From Octopus sinensis (taxonomy: Eukaryota), in the NCBI RefSeq assembly GCF_006345805.1, contig NC_043006.1:31124001-31188000 (forward strand): a DNA stretch of 64,000 nt, given 5' to 3'. Of the stretch, positions 37,460 through 50,230 are shown piece after piece (position 1 is the stretch's first letter; each line of letters begins with the position of its first letter). Under the pieces are notes generated by a model. The model made no database searches, had not been told where the DNA came from, and worked only from the letters and a program-made list of their open reading frames with translations. Position numbers and translations under genes: made by a program.

Positions 37460-38531
37460 TTCTTCAGCACAGGAAAAACCAAATAAACGATCAATAGAAG
37501 AAAACTCGCCTGAGTAGCCGATCTGACCACAGAATTTCCCTCATTCACAACTCGTTTATTCACCAACCAACCTACTGTTTAGCCTGATAGTTTTACGTAC
37601 TGACAAATTATACAGCAACAATTCTGCGGTCGTCTGCTCATTGGAAAAGTACACAATGCTTATAATTAAATAAAACAGGTCAAAAATTACCGCAAATTGT
37701 ATCGAAGCTACACTCGTACTTGAAATACTCGCTCACCTTTTCTCTTCCAGCCAACAATCCACCCTATTACAAATAGAGAAATAAAGCTTATTTTCCCCCT
37801 CTGTCTGTCCGTCTGTTGTTTAAGAATAATGGCGTCCATTATTCGTTGAGTCCGAACGACCGCTCAAGACGCTGGCCTAAAATCACAAAACTACAAGCAA
37901 CAATAACAAACGTTACATTAAATCCAGACTCTGGTGAAAAGCTTGTCCCTTAGAAAACAACACTACAACCACGTAACGTCTCTCTATTACTAAACGTGCT
38001 CTCGCATTGTTCTTGCACGTGTTCCCCTATGTATTCACTGTTTCCCAGTCTCTCACTATTATCCATATTTCTTCCCACCTCTTTCCCTTTACATATATAT
38101 ATGTGAGTGTGTGTGTATGTATGTATGTATGTATGTGACTACCTCACTGTCATTCGCTTCTCCAACGCTTTTTTTTCATTTCATATTTCATTTTTCTTTT
38201 GTTTTTTTTCCCTCTGACCGTCTCTCCCCGTCTTTCCCCGTCTTTCTTCGCCTCTTTCCTGCTCAGTCACCCTTCTCACGCCTCATTTTCAACAGCACAT
38301 CGGAAACATACTTGCACATATACATTTACAAAAGATCTGTAAAAATAAAACCCTTGCACATATACACATATACCTTTATGTTCAAAAGCATACACACTCT
38401 ACGTGTTTATGCATAAACGCACACGCACTCATTCACAAATACAAATGCGCGCGTGCGCATATATATATATATGTATATATGGTGTAATATAATTTATATA
38501 TATAGATATATATATATATCATATATTATAT

Positions 38532-38944
38532 ACTCTTTACTCTTTACTCTTTTACTTGTTTCAGTCATTTGACTGCGCCCATGCTGGAGCACCGCCTTTA
38601 GTCGAGCAATCGACCCCGGGACTTATTCTTTGTAAGCCAGTACTTATTCTATCGTCTCATTTTGCCGAACCGCTAAGTGACGGGGACGTAAACACACCAG
38701 CATCGGTTGTCAAGCAATGCTAGAGGGACAAACACAGACACACAAACATATACACACACATACATATATATACATATATACGACAGGCTTCTTTCAGTTT
38801 CCGTCTACCAAATCCACTCACAAGGCTTTGGTCGGCCCGAGGCTATAGCAGAAGACATTTGCCCAAAGTGCCACGCAGTGGGACTGAACCCGGAACCATG
38901 TGGTTGGAAAGCAAGCTACTTACCACACAGCCACTTCTGCGCCA
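38532..38944 (-). mobile_element. SINE family A full copy
   Basis: Reverse-complement match to 6788-7250 over its whole length. Confidence 0.92.
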
Positions 38945-39359
38945 TATATATATATATACATATATATATATATTGCAGCGTGGAAGGTGTTTATAAGCCA
39001 TTTAAGAAACACAAAAACCGTTAGATTCACTTTAACATTTAAATTTAATTTGCCAAAGTATTTTCGTCGCTTTGTGACCGCGACCTGTTCACTGACAAAA
39101 GTCTTGTGTGTGGATTTGGTAGACGGAAACTGAAAGAAGCCCGTAGTATACATATACATATATATATATTATATATATATATATATTATATATATATTAT
39201 ATATATATATTGTGTGTTGTGTGTGTGTGTGTGTGTGTGTGTGGGGTAATGTGTGTGTGTGTGTTGTGTGTGTGTGGTGTGCGCGTGCGTGTGTGCGTGT
39301 GTGTGTGTGTGCGTGTGCGTGTCTGTGTCCCATCTCCAGCCTGACGTGATACACACGGA

Positions 39360-39880
39360 CCCGAGTTCTGAGAGTGTTTCAAGTGAAAAGGATGTAAAAA
39401 CTCAGCCAAAACATGGTCGGCCCTAAACAAATTAGATGTTGTCTGGAAGTCAATCCTGTCAGACAACCCTATGAGAAACTTTTCCATGCAACTTTAGTGT
39501 CAGTCCTTTTATATGGAGCAACCCCCTGAATGCTTACCAAAAACACTGGAATCCAAGTTGGATGGAATTTACACTCGTATGTTAAGAACAGTCTTAAATA
39601 TATCGTGAAGAACTTATCCCAACAAGGAACAGCTGTACAGAGAGCTCCTGTGCTTTGCAGGATATTGCTGGTGAGATAAACAAGAACTGGCAAGCGACCT
39701 ACTGCTATGGGTGCCAAAGCATAGCTGCACTCGAGCCGGTCGTCCGAACACATCGTGTAGATCAACTCGCCAGATACACTGAATGCTTTCACCTAAAAGC
39801 AGGCTCGAGATGAGTGACCTCTGCAGGTTAAAAGTGTCCTAGCAAGCTCGATCAAATGATGATGATGATGATGATGTTAT
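39360..39880 (+). mobile_element. RTE-clade LINE 3' fragment with (GAT)n tail
   Basis: Decayed WSALNKLDVVWKSILSD, VLLYGAT, KLDGIYTRMLRTVLNIS, ELASDLLLWVPKH, GRP; ends in tgatgatgatg. Confidence 0.75.
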
Positions 39881-40419
39881 CAGTGAATAAGAGATGATAT
39901 AAGTATCGTATTTGATGGCCTCTAAGACGGATGAGTGCATAGGATGCACCCTAGCCTAGGCTATACTTTTGTAAAATAAATCACCACTAAAATAATGCTT
40001 TAATTCCTAAACTTATCTGTATAACCTTATGTTATTACTGGTAATTATAAGCAATCCACGGTCGATATAAACATACCGTAGGCGATTGTTCACCAATAGA
40101 TGTCAGCACACGTTTTGTAAACATACATACCGTTTTGAGCCTCCATAAAGTGTATTGGACGCAGGGGGATTTTAAAAGCTGTTTTTTGATAAAAAAAAAA
40201 AGGTGCGTCTCATAGGCCATCAAATACAGTCATTTTCATTGATATTTATTCCTCGCTTACCCTAATATTCAATTCTGAAGATGTTTTCCAAGTATGCTGT
40301 AAAAGGTTTGGGTGAGATGATATTTATTGGTTTCGTCTTTCTTCTTCTGAATGTTATCCCTCTCTGTGTTGTCTGGCAATATTCGCGCTTCCCGGCAAGA
40401 CATTTTCCTTCAGCTTAAT

Positions 40420-41120
40420 ATACTTTTTGTCGACATCTTGATCTTCGAACGAGTTCAACACAGCAGAACATTCTGCACAATGAACCTTGCATGACGATGG
40501 TTTCTGCTCGGTGGATGCCACATCTTCTGACACGAAATTAAAATCACATTAGGTTGATCACATCACAGGAAAGCCTGACATTGTTTGAGGCAGATCCAGC
40601 TGGGTTTTTTAATGTTTCCTAAGCCAGGGTAAGACAAAGAGACAACCCATGCTGTGGAAACACTCCTCCTCACCTGCTCTAACGATGGCCATGATCGTTT
40701 CGTCTGTAGGGAATGTGATGGCTTCAGATTTTTGGGATGCAAAAAGCACTGTGTTTATTAACCATTTTCAAAAGGGCCACACTATCAACTGAGAGTACTA
40801 TGTAAACTTGCTGAGGCAGTTCCGAAAGGCTATCATGACCAAACGCCCAGGAAACCTGACAAAAGGGGCCCAGCACACAATGCTCCAGCACACAAGTCCT
40901 TGTCTTTAATCCAATTCTCCTGAATTGGTTGATTACTCTCCCAAATCTGTTTTGATTCTCATATGCTCCCTAACACGAAAAACGGGCAAAATGCTGCTAA
41001 GCAATTTTCTCGATGCAGTAATGATTATGCCTGTTCGCTGCCTTTTATTTTCAGAATATTGAAGCGGGATAGATTTTTCACCATGAAGAGTCTCAGATGA
41101 TATTACAGAACAAATGATGT
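40420..41120 (+). mobile_element. Mariner transposase remnant
   Basis: ILHNE..MTMVSARWMPHLLT (WVPHEL-type motif); VGNVMASDFWDAKSTVFINHFQKGHTIN.EYYVNLLRQFRKAI..KRPG; HNAPAHKS. Confidence 0.85.
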
Positions 41121-41609
41121 TTCCTTTACATCGAATCGGCATGAGTATATGTGACGAAATGGGTTCAAAGATCGAGTAAAACTATTCACGAATCTTATTA
41201 CGTGTATCAATGCTGTGTCTTCCCGTCCAAATAATCAATCTGTCTGTCTGTATGTCTGCTTGCGGAACCTTGAAAATTGGTAGGGGGAGAGAGAGGGGCG
41301 TTATTCTCTAACTGGCGCCCTGGTTTGAACTCGAAATATTCCCCCCATGGCTATGCTGTATAGTAGCGTTGATCTGGGAGATATATTAGATCAACCATAA
41401 GAAATGGATTACTTTGTCATCTTGGGTCAGTGTGTCTTGCTTCCGCTCCTTCTCTCGCATACGTCGACAGGTCAGATTAGACATTGTAACAGTAGGATTC
41501 TAATGGCGTCTACAAGTTGCAGTATAAACATTAAAGCCATCAAGTGGCTATGAGAAGTGTTGTTTCTGTTGATTTACTGGTATTCTTTTCTACTCTAGGC
41601 ACAAAGCTC

Positions 41610-41718
41610 GAAATTGTTTGGGGACCTCGGCGGAATTTGATCTCAGAACGTAACGGCAGACGAAATACCGCTAAGCATTTCGCCCGGCATGCTAACGATT
41701 CTGCCAGCTCGGCGCCTT
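41610..41718 (-). mobile_element. SINE family B head
   Basis: gacctcggcggaatttgatctcagaacgtaacggcagacgaaataccgctaagcatttcgcccggcatgctaacgattctgccagctc. Confidence 0.85.
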
Positions 41719-41845
41719 GAGTTGATTTACTGATATTAGAAGAGTATTGCTGATGTTTAACCGGGGCCAAGCCTGATCGAGCTGGCCTATGTCCAAAGTG
41801 CATCTCATTTAGACTTTCTTTAGTTAATTTCTCTGAACATTTAAT

Positions 41846-42057
41846 TGGCGCAGGCGTGGCTGTGTGGTAAGAAGTTTGCTTCCCAGCCACACCGTTCCGG
41901 GTTCGGTGAGTACCGTGGACAAGTGTATTCTTCTATAGTCCTGGGCTGACAAGGGATATAGTAAAGCACAGACACAGACGGGCTTCTTTCAGTTTCCGTC
42001 TACCAAATCCACTCACAAGGCTTTAGTTGGCCCAGGGCTATAGTAGAAGACATACGC

Positions 42058-42118
<61 letters not shown>

Positions 42119-42315
42119 TTCAATCCTGCACTTCGTTCCCCTTACAGTTCTAATACATTTGGAGAAGGTATCATCATCATCATCATCATCAACTTAGCAG
42201 TTCGGCAAAAGACACCGATAGAATAAGCACCAGGTTATCAATTCGTTCGACTAAAAATTCTTCAAGGTGGTGCCCCAGCATGGCCAGCAGTCTTGTGACT
42301 GAAACGAGTAAAAGA
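41846..42315. mobile_element. Rearranged SINE family A pieces: head (+) 41846-41960, middle (-) 41975-42050, tail (+) 42195-42315
   Basis: Direct and inverted matches to the family A copies. Confidence 0.75.
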
Positions 42316-42423
42316 TAAAAACTAAAAAAAAAAGAAAAACAAAAGAACAAAAAAAAATCAGGTAACAAACACGAGAGGTAAAAATGGGAAATATGAGAAT
42401 TGTCATTGTAAAAGGCGAACAGG

Positions 42424-42556
42424 AACATTAGCCAGCCAGCCAGCCAGCTAGCCAGCCAGCCAGCTAGCCAGCCAGCCAGCTAGCCAGCCAGCCAGCTAGC
42501 CAGCCAGCCAGCTAGCCAGCCAGCCAACCAACCATCCTGCAAGTCAGCCAGCCAGG
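42424..42556. repeat. (AGCC)n / 12-mer AGCCAGCCAGCT higher-order tandem repeat
   Basis: Visible periodicity. Confidence 0.9.
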
Positions 42557-42779
42557 TTTATCTTATCATGGATGGATAAATAAATAAATCTATCAAGACA
42601 TAAATATGTTTTTCAAAATGACTGCTACACCGTCCGCTTCAATACATTTCCTGTCTGCCATTATTGTTTTTCTTTTTTTTTCCTACAATTTTGTATTGTT
42701 TTGGTTTTAGATGTTGAGTAAACAGTCGAACCAACAAGGCAGAAATATAATAAGGGGTATATTGCGAGAGATGCTGGTG

Positions 42780-42833
<54 letters not shown>

Positions 42834-43537
42834 AGAGTGGGGAGGCTGTTTAAAAGTGTTAATTGAGGTATCAGAAAGAACTTATCAACAAGATATTCTC
42901 TTACTTTAATAACAACAATAACAATCATTTAATAATAATAATTCAAAGAGGACGACAAATTGAATAGCTACAGACATTATCCCAGACATAAACACCTAAT
43001 ACAAACATATACACAGGCACACATATGTAAATATGTATATATATATATATATACACACACACAAATACATATATATATAAATATATATATATAAATACAT
43101 CGATATACACACACGTGGGCGCGTACGCACACACACTGACACACACACACACAACACACACACACACATTACACACACATTAGACAGCCGTTTCTCCTCA
43201 TCCCGATCTCACAAATCAGAAAAATAAACACCAAAAACGTAACAAACAACAACAACAACAAAAGCTGTATAAATACATAGAAATCTGTAAAAGGAAAGAG
43301 GGTGAAATGCGGGTGGGCATTTTTGTTTTGCTTGGTGCCAGCGGCAGGGGTCACGTTCTGCAAACAGAGCCTTCCTCATAGAACGTCTACATTAAATATA
43401 TGTTAATTGTAGTTCTACAGCAATTAGGGAGATCGAAGTACGAAGGGAGACAACTGCAATAGGAGACAACATGGCTTTCTCTCTTCACCAGTTTGCTTTT
43501 TGTAACGTTCTCGCTCTTTTCTTTTCTTTCTTTCTTT

Positions 43538-43569
<32 letters not shown>

Positions 43570-43571
43570 TT

Positions 43572-43603
<32 letters not shown>

Positions 43604-43745
43604 TTTTCTTCTTTCTTTCATTCTTTCTTTTTTTCTTTCTACTATCGACTCCGATGCTAAGAGCGAATGAAGTGAAGAAGCAAGAGGAAGGAGGAATGAA
43701 TATAACTGACAATGACTGAAATATTGGTGATGATGATGGTGGTGG

Positions 43746-43786
<41 letters not shown>

Positions 43787-44284
43787 GTTGTGTTAATGAT
43801 GACGACGATGATGGTGTTGATAGTATTGCAGATGTTCATGCTGGTCGCGTTATTGATGATGATGATGATGATGGTGGTAGTGATGGTTATGATGTTAATG
43901 GTGGTGGTAATGTTAATGATGGCGATGGTGGTGGTGGTGGTGGTGGTGGTGGTGGTGGTGTGGCGCCAAACAGTTCCATCAGTTTCTAGAATATCGCTTT
44001 CGTTTTGTTGCAGACAAAAAGGATTAATAGAATCGGTGGATTGCTCAGAAGATTATTTAATTGAGTGAGAAAATGTTTCGAGTTCACTTCCAGTTAGGAC
44101 CGACATCATCTTTTATCCCTCCGGAGTCCAATAAGATCTGTGTCTGTGAAACACTGATGTAGGTTTAATCGATTATCTGCAGCCAGCCCATCCCGCTTGT
44201 GCATCGATTGGGAACCAATCTTGTCTTCAGTCATCGAGGAAATCATTTCGTAACCGATCGACATGACGGAAAGAACAGACGTAT

Positions 44285-44405
44285 TTCCTTCTTGTCTTGA
44301 AAAGACGGTGACATTGGATCACGATAAAAGACTGGCTGGTTAGTGTTGGTATGGCTTTGATCATTGGTCTTCTCAGACTGGGCTGACCTAGGGTTAAATA
44401 AAAAC
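44285..44405 (-). mobile_element. Tail of another SINE/LINE-associated repeat (family F); related fragment at 41735-41800
   Basis: The minus strand reads tttaaccctaggtcagcccagtctgagaagaccaatgatcaaagcc, similar to tttaaccggggccaagcctgatcgagctggcctatgtccaaag. Confidence 0.5.
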
Positions 44406-44443
44406 AACAGCATCAGTAGTGGTAGCAGCTGCAACAACAACAA

Positions 44444-44475
<32 letters not shown>

Positions 44476-45589
44476 GCAACCACAACAATAGCAACAACAA
44501 CAGCACCACCACCACCACCAACAATAACAACAACAGCAACAATAGCAGCAGCAGCAACCACAACAATAGCAACAACAACAACAACAACAACAACAACAAC
44601 GCCAGCAACAACATTGCTTTGTTATGGTGCAGGACAAGTTCCGACATTTTAACCCTTTCTATGTCCGCGCTTTATTATTATATATTTGTATATATTTTTT
44701 ACATTTTCATATATTTTTATAAATTGATATATTATTGCATCACGTATTCTTTATTAAAAAAATATTTACCAGATAATAAAAAGTCTTTCACCTTCTTTCA
44801 ACATTCATCAAGTTTGTCCATTGACTCTCTGTCCAGCGTCGTTCCGGTTCGGTTCATTGCTCCATGGCCTTAATGTAACTTATATCATTCTTCCAATATT
44901 TTAATATGTATCTATCTAGTCATCTGCGGACATCCCTCGATGTTCCTTTTTTAAAAAAGATATTTTTGAAAATAAAGGAAGGATGTGATCAATTACGAAA
45001 AGAAAAATAATATTTTATAAGAGTTCCAAATCCGAAAGCAAATCAGATATAGTCAACTCTATTACTAAAAATAACTTCCGCTATACAAATAACTCCATAT
45101 TTGTGTGTCTGAAAAGCTGTACACAGCGAAAGCGTTTACACATTACAAACACTTGTTTCCAAAAGATATGTGTTCCTGATTTTATTTCTTCACACACACG
45201 CGCGCACGCATACACACATACACACACAGAGCGAAAACGAAGACTATACGTTTAATGATACGTAGGCATTTGAGAGATGGTGAGATACGGAAGACAGCAA
45301 TGGTGAAGTGGATAAATTCCCGAGTATACAGTTCCTATAAATAGCAATGGTTTCAGTGTTGAACTTGACAGGACCCTAAAATGAATGTGTTGTAGCTGAA
45401 ATATGTAAATACAGTAATAGTTAAATGAATGACATACTAGACAGTATGTACCGGAATCACGAGTTCAAATTCACCACTGTCCTTTTATCGCATTCCAGGC
45501 GGACCACTTTGTAATATATTAGTCCAGAAATCAGGTACTTTGTCTCCTGATGACTTAACCGGTGACAAACTGCTACTGCTAGTAATTGT

Positions 45590-45838
45590 AGTTGTTCTGT
45601 CTTAACCCCCAGGCCTTACCAGGCCGGATACCCGTTTCAGTAACTGAGATCTCAACATTCCCCCCTGAACGGGACTCTGGGGCGTTGCAGGGTGACTCAA
45701 TTACAATGGAGTGGACTGGCGTAACGGGAAATGAAGCAACTTGCTCGGGAACACAATGCACTGCCTGGTCCGGGAATCGAAACCACTATATTGCGATCGA
45801 TAGTGCAACATCATAACCACTGGGCCACGTGCCTTCAC
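45590..45838 (-). mobile_element. tRNA-derived SINE (family D group, CORE-like central domain)
   Basis: The minus strand reads ggcacgtggcccagtggttatgatgttgcac...gtttcgattcccggaccaggcagtgcattgtgttcccgagcaagttgcttcatttc. Confidence 0.8.
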
Positions 45839-46044
45839 TTGAGATAGACTAAGCACGGTATCAAATTTATCTCTCATCCGTTTGGATCCATGAAACCATT
45901 AACACCAATTCTCAAGTCTTCTCTCCACGAAGCTCTTGGAGACAGAGTGAATCCAGTGGTGAAATAATGGTTACAGAGTTTGGGTGAAGTTTTTATCTGT
46001 AATATATTAGTGTCCTATTCATGAGAAACGTCTCCCTCAATCAG

Positions 46045-46200
46045 GCTCAGGCCATGTGGTAAGAAGTTTGCTTCCCAACCACTTGATTCCGGGTTCAGTC
46101 CCATGGCTTGGCGCATTGGGCAGGTGTCTTCCACGATAACCTCGGGCCGAATAGAGCCTTGGGAGTGGATTTGGTAACCAGAGACTGAAAGAAGCCGTCG
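46045..46200 (+). mobile_element. SINE family A head and middle
   Basis: tgtggtaagaagtttgcttcccaaccacttgattccgggttcagtccca...gagtggatttggtaacc.gagactgaaagaagccgtcg. Confidence 0.8.
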
Positions 46201-46215
46201 TGTGTGTGTGTGGTG

Positions 46216-46274
<59 letters not shown>

Positions 46275-46489
46275 CAGTAGAATTGTTGCGGTACCGGACT
46301 TGATTACTTGAGCTGTTTCATTTCGTCCCTTTAGATACATTATGAAAATCCTTTCCCGATCCACTCTGGCTTTCAGCCTTCTAAGGTCAATTTAAGAAAA
46401 GATATATTTAATTAAGAGCCGGTGCCCCAGCATGGCCACACATTTTAATAAGCAGAATAATAGAATCGATTGCAGTGATCTTGAAGAGA

Positions 46490-46680
46490 TTACCTGAATA
46501 AAAAGATCCGAGTCGCCTGTTGCCTGATGTGAACTCAGGCACACAATGTTTCAAATTGCTGACCTTTGCCGTCTGCACCAACTCCTCTGGCAGCTGTACT
46601 AAAGTGTCAATGACGCACAAAAAGCTCCACAGCCATGGCTAAGAGGGAACATTCTTACGCTTGGTCTTATGTTCTTTCTC
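46490..46680 (-). mobile_element. CR1-like LINE extreme 3' ORF fragment
   Basis: LPEELVQTAKVSNLKH resembles the CR1 C-terminal WN.LP.EVV.A.SV..FK pattern. Confidence 0.55.
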
Positions 46681-47204
46681 CTTTACTTCGATTACTGCCG
46701 TAATCTAATGATTTGTTAATCAAGAGCCCTTCATACATACACCTTCACTCCACACACTTAGGCACACACACACACACACACGCACAGAGGCATATATACA
46801 CATATACATGTATATATAAATAGGAGTGCGCGTGTTGCGTTTGTATCCGGCATCTGGTTAAGTGGCCATTATCGATAAAGAGTAACCCTCCACGCTCATA
46901 TACCCGTATATCGCCTACCCCAGTCAAATGTTCTTAATTATCGTCATTATCTTTTGTTGATTGGCGCCCAATAAATGCAATAAATAACAATAGCTTGTAC
47001 ATATTTATACACAACAATTTATACATATTTGTTATACATACAAAGCGTAATATAACGGAAGAAAAACATACAAATATGCTACAAGTTGCAAGCAATATTT
47101 TATGTAGTACTCAATAGTTTAAGTAGAGCGAAAATGAATGGCTACTCAAAGAATGAAAGGCTATTCTGAGTTGTAATATATACGTGTATATATTGATATA
47201 CATA

Positions 47205-47745
47205 CATCAGCTACCCAGCGGATGTTAACATAAAGCTGAAGATCAGTGAAAAAGAGAATACCTACGCTGAACTATTAAGAAATCTGCAGTTGCTCTATCC
47301 AGATTACAAGTTCAGGTTTATATCTGTAATTATTGGGACCCTGGGTATGTAACACACCGCCTAAATACCAAACTTGAGAAATTAGGCTTCTCAAATTCAG
47401 AAAGGAGAATGCTAATTCGAAGACTACAGATCCAATCCATCAATGGAACTGTAAAAATCTGTAAAACTTTCCAGGAGTTTATCATTTAAATAAATATGAG
47501 CATGTCTAGATATGCAACTATATGCATGAGAATACATACATAAAACAAAATATACAATTTTGCAAACATACATACATATACATACATACATACATACATA
47601 CATACATACATACATACATACATACATACATAGAAACAAAAATACCCCGTTTTTGATGTTGAAACTCCAATGAAAGAAGCCTTGGATCTAGGTTAGAAAC
47701 CGGCTCTTTCTCTATTAGCAAGAAATCTTGAAATAAAACAGAGCA
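47205..47745 (+). mobile_element. R4/Dong-type LINE 3' end plus 3'UTR
   Basis: YAELLRNLQLLYPDYKFRF..VIIGTLG...LEKLGFS..RRLQIQSINGTVKICKTF. The 3'UTR with an internal (CATA)n matches 50750-51310. Confidence 0.9.
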
Positions 47746-47815
47746 ATTACATACACGCACACACACGCACACACACACACACACGCATACATACATACAT
47801 ACATACATACATACA

Positions 47816-47849
<34 letters not shown>

Positions 47850-47884
47850 CTCACACATGCATATGTATATATATATGTAGGCTT

Positions 47885-47990
47885 AAAACCGTGGATTCCC
47901 ATGCCGTGACCCAAGCCATAGATGCAAATCCGATGAGTAGCACTCGGGGTGTATCAGGTGAGCTCGACATATCATGCACAATATTTATCG
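47885..47990 (+). mobile_element. Mariner HTH-region fragment
   Basis: VDSHAVTQAIDANPMSSTRGVSGELDIS resembles the mariner second HTH (..L..AIEANP..STR.LA.EL.IS). Confidence 0.6.
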
Positions 47991-48282
47991 CAGGTCCAGG
48001 AGAGGCTACTATTTCGATCGATGTTGTTGGTATTCTGAACCTTTCCGGATATGTAACCTGCGCACGACTTTCTGCTGAGACGATGAGTATTTCTTTTGCG
48101 AGTGTCTGTTTAAGTAAGTCAGTTCAGCCACCGTTCGTGTGGAAAAGCTCTAAACCCAGAGCACCAGTTCAGGGCTTCTTTATCTACAATGCTGTTACCT
48201 TTGCTGTTGATTATACACCGGGTGTACTCGTTTCTCTCTTTTACTGTTCAGTAGATTCTGTCTAAGTGACTCTCAAAGCTTG

Positions 48283-48402
48283 TCTGGGTTGATCTTTAAG
48301 ATCAACCCAGATCTTAAAGATCAACCTAGATCAACCCATATGTTTAACGGAAGGATTGAGGGAGAGGTTTAATCTCTCCCTCAATCCTTCCGTTAAACAT
48401 AT
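48283..48402. repeat. Cluster of perfect inverted repeats: 14-bp-arm hairpin (48283-48311) and 29-bp-arm hairpin (48338-48402)
   Basis: tctgggttgatctt-t-aagatcaacccaga; atatgtttaacggaaggattgagggagag-gtttaat-ctctccctcaatccttccgttaaacatat. Confidence 0.95.
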
Positions 48403-48429
48403 ATTCTGTCTGTGTTTCTGTTGGTGTGG

Positions 48430-49275
48430 AAGTTACGAGTCTTTGTTTCTTTTTTCGTATCTTCTTAGTCCAGATGTTCCAGAAGTTGCTGACTTCTTCA
48501 AGTGTCCAGTTTAGTATCCAAATTGTTGGTACTACACTATCACTTCAAAGGCATTGTGGGATATAATTTTATTGAATGTGCAGACAGCTTTGACTTCCAT
48601 ATCATTCAAAGTATAATGCAGAATTCTTTCATCTCTGGTTTTACTCACATCATCAACATATGCAATATTCTTATCGATTACAAAGTATTTAGTGACAGAG
48701 GAGAGAGACAGACCACCGGTATTCATATTGCTTGCCTGGTTGACAGTCTTCTTTCGTTCCGCTTTCAAATATGAACGCTTGTCCAGATCAGGCTTCGTTC
48801 CTGTGTTCCGGGAGAACGTTATGACCAGGTCTACTTGCCTCAATGTTATGAATATTACTCGAATACACCTGTCCTCAGAAAGCTTCCAAGTGACAGCAAC
48901 AATAACAGCCAATGCAGTCTATTTTGGACTAACAACCGGAATATTAGCTCTCGTTTTGAGGGATGCACTTTCACAATAACGGAACAGATATAACAACAAG
49001 ATGCCGAATGCGCCAAACGTATTCAGTAGATGTTAACGTAAAGATATGTAACAACGAAAACATGGAAACATGTATGGTGAACCGATGAGGAATTTGCAGT
49101 TTATCCATCCGGACAAGAGCATTCGATTTTTACCGATAATCATTGGAACTCTTGGTTCCGCGACTGATTGCCTAAGAACCATTATTGAGAAGCTGGAATT
49201 CACAAAAGCAGGAAGAACTTGATTACTTAAGAAACAAAAGCTGACAGAGATTAATGAAACATTCCAGGTGTTTAG
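48430..49275. mobile_element. R4/Dong-type LINE pieces in opposite orientations: RT/thumb part on minus (48430-48900), REL 3' end on plus (49000-49275)
   Basis: Minus: FSRNTG..DLDKRSYL..ER, KYFVIDKNIAY, FNKIISHNAF, LNWTLEEVSN, colinear with the copy at 1.9-2.3 kb. Plus: MYGEPMRNLQFIHPDKSIRFLPIIIGTLG...IEKLEF. Confidence 0.75.
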
Positions 49276-49929
49276 CATGTTTAAACGGGTCTATATATGC
49301 ACGTATGTACATGTTATATGTGTGTATATGCACGTGTATATATGCAAACATGTAGCATATTTAAGTGTACACATATATAAGTCAAAGCATATAGATCCAC
49401 ATAAGCAACAACGTATATATTTGCACAAATAACGAAACGTACATTATGTTTATATTCTTAATTACATACATACATACATACTACATACATACATACATAC
49501 ATACATACATACATACATACATACATACATACACGATGGCTTCAAACACGTGCTCCAGTATTGCCATCGCCTGATCGAAAGTCCGAGACATGCGAAGGCT
49601 TTGACCAGCCATCTTTGTGATAGGTCTTACTTTCTTTTCAAGCGATGCCTGTGCATGATGATTCTTTATAGTGGGGAAAAGATTTGTACAAATCCAATCC
49701 CACTCTCTGAACACGGACGACATAAACTCGAAAAGAAGAACTAGTCTACATCATCAAATATTGTCAGTGTCGCAGGTTTTTTCTCGGAGTTTCCCTCTCC
49801 TACAGAGGAAAACAACAGAGCCCTCCTCCACTCACAGTGGGCCAAACACGTGCCTGGACACCAACTCAGGTATCTCAACATCCCCGTGCATACATACATG
49901 CATATATACACATGTACACATATTGTTGG

Positions 49930-50118
49930 ATGGCCGTTGACTGCTCATGAGCTCTTCCGCTCCTTGACAGGTCTTATTTTCCGTCCTTTAGGGTGACCAA
50001 CAATCACCCTCTTCACAAAGCAAGCTTGATGGGGTTGCCCGTTTAGTCGCCGACGACCCGACCATGCAACAGGTTGTACTGGGTTACATGTTACCAGTAG
50101 CGGCCAAGAGCGACTTGG
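49930..50118 (-). mobile_element. Probable 5'UTR fragment of an RTE-like retroelement
   Basis: The minus strand reads ggccgctactggtaacatgtaacccagt...gtcggcgactaaacgggcaacccc...gagctcatgagcagtcaacggccatc. Resemblance to RTE 5'UTRs is from memory only. Confidence 0.35.
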
Positions 50119-50230
50119 TACATACATACATACATACATACATACATACATACATACATACATGCATACGTGCATGCATGCATACATACATACATACATA
50201 CATACATACATACATACATACATACATGCA

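Noticed and set aside
43712-44652. Poly-M/V and poly-N/S/T/Q-like ORFs resembling low-complexity transcription-factor exons
   Set aside because: They are pure (GAT)/(GGT)/(CAA)/(CAG) microsatellite mosaics adjacent to SINE fragments, open in several frames.
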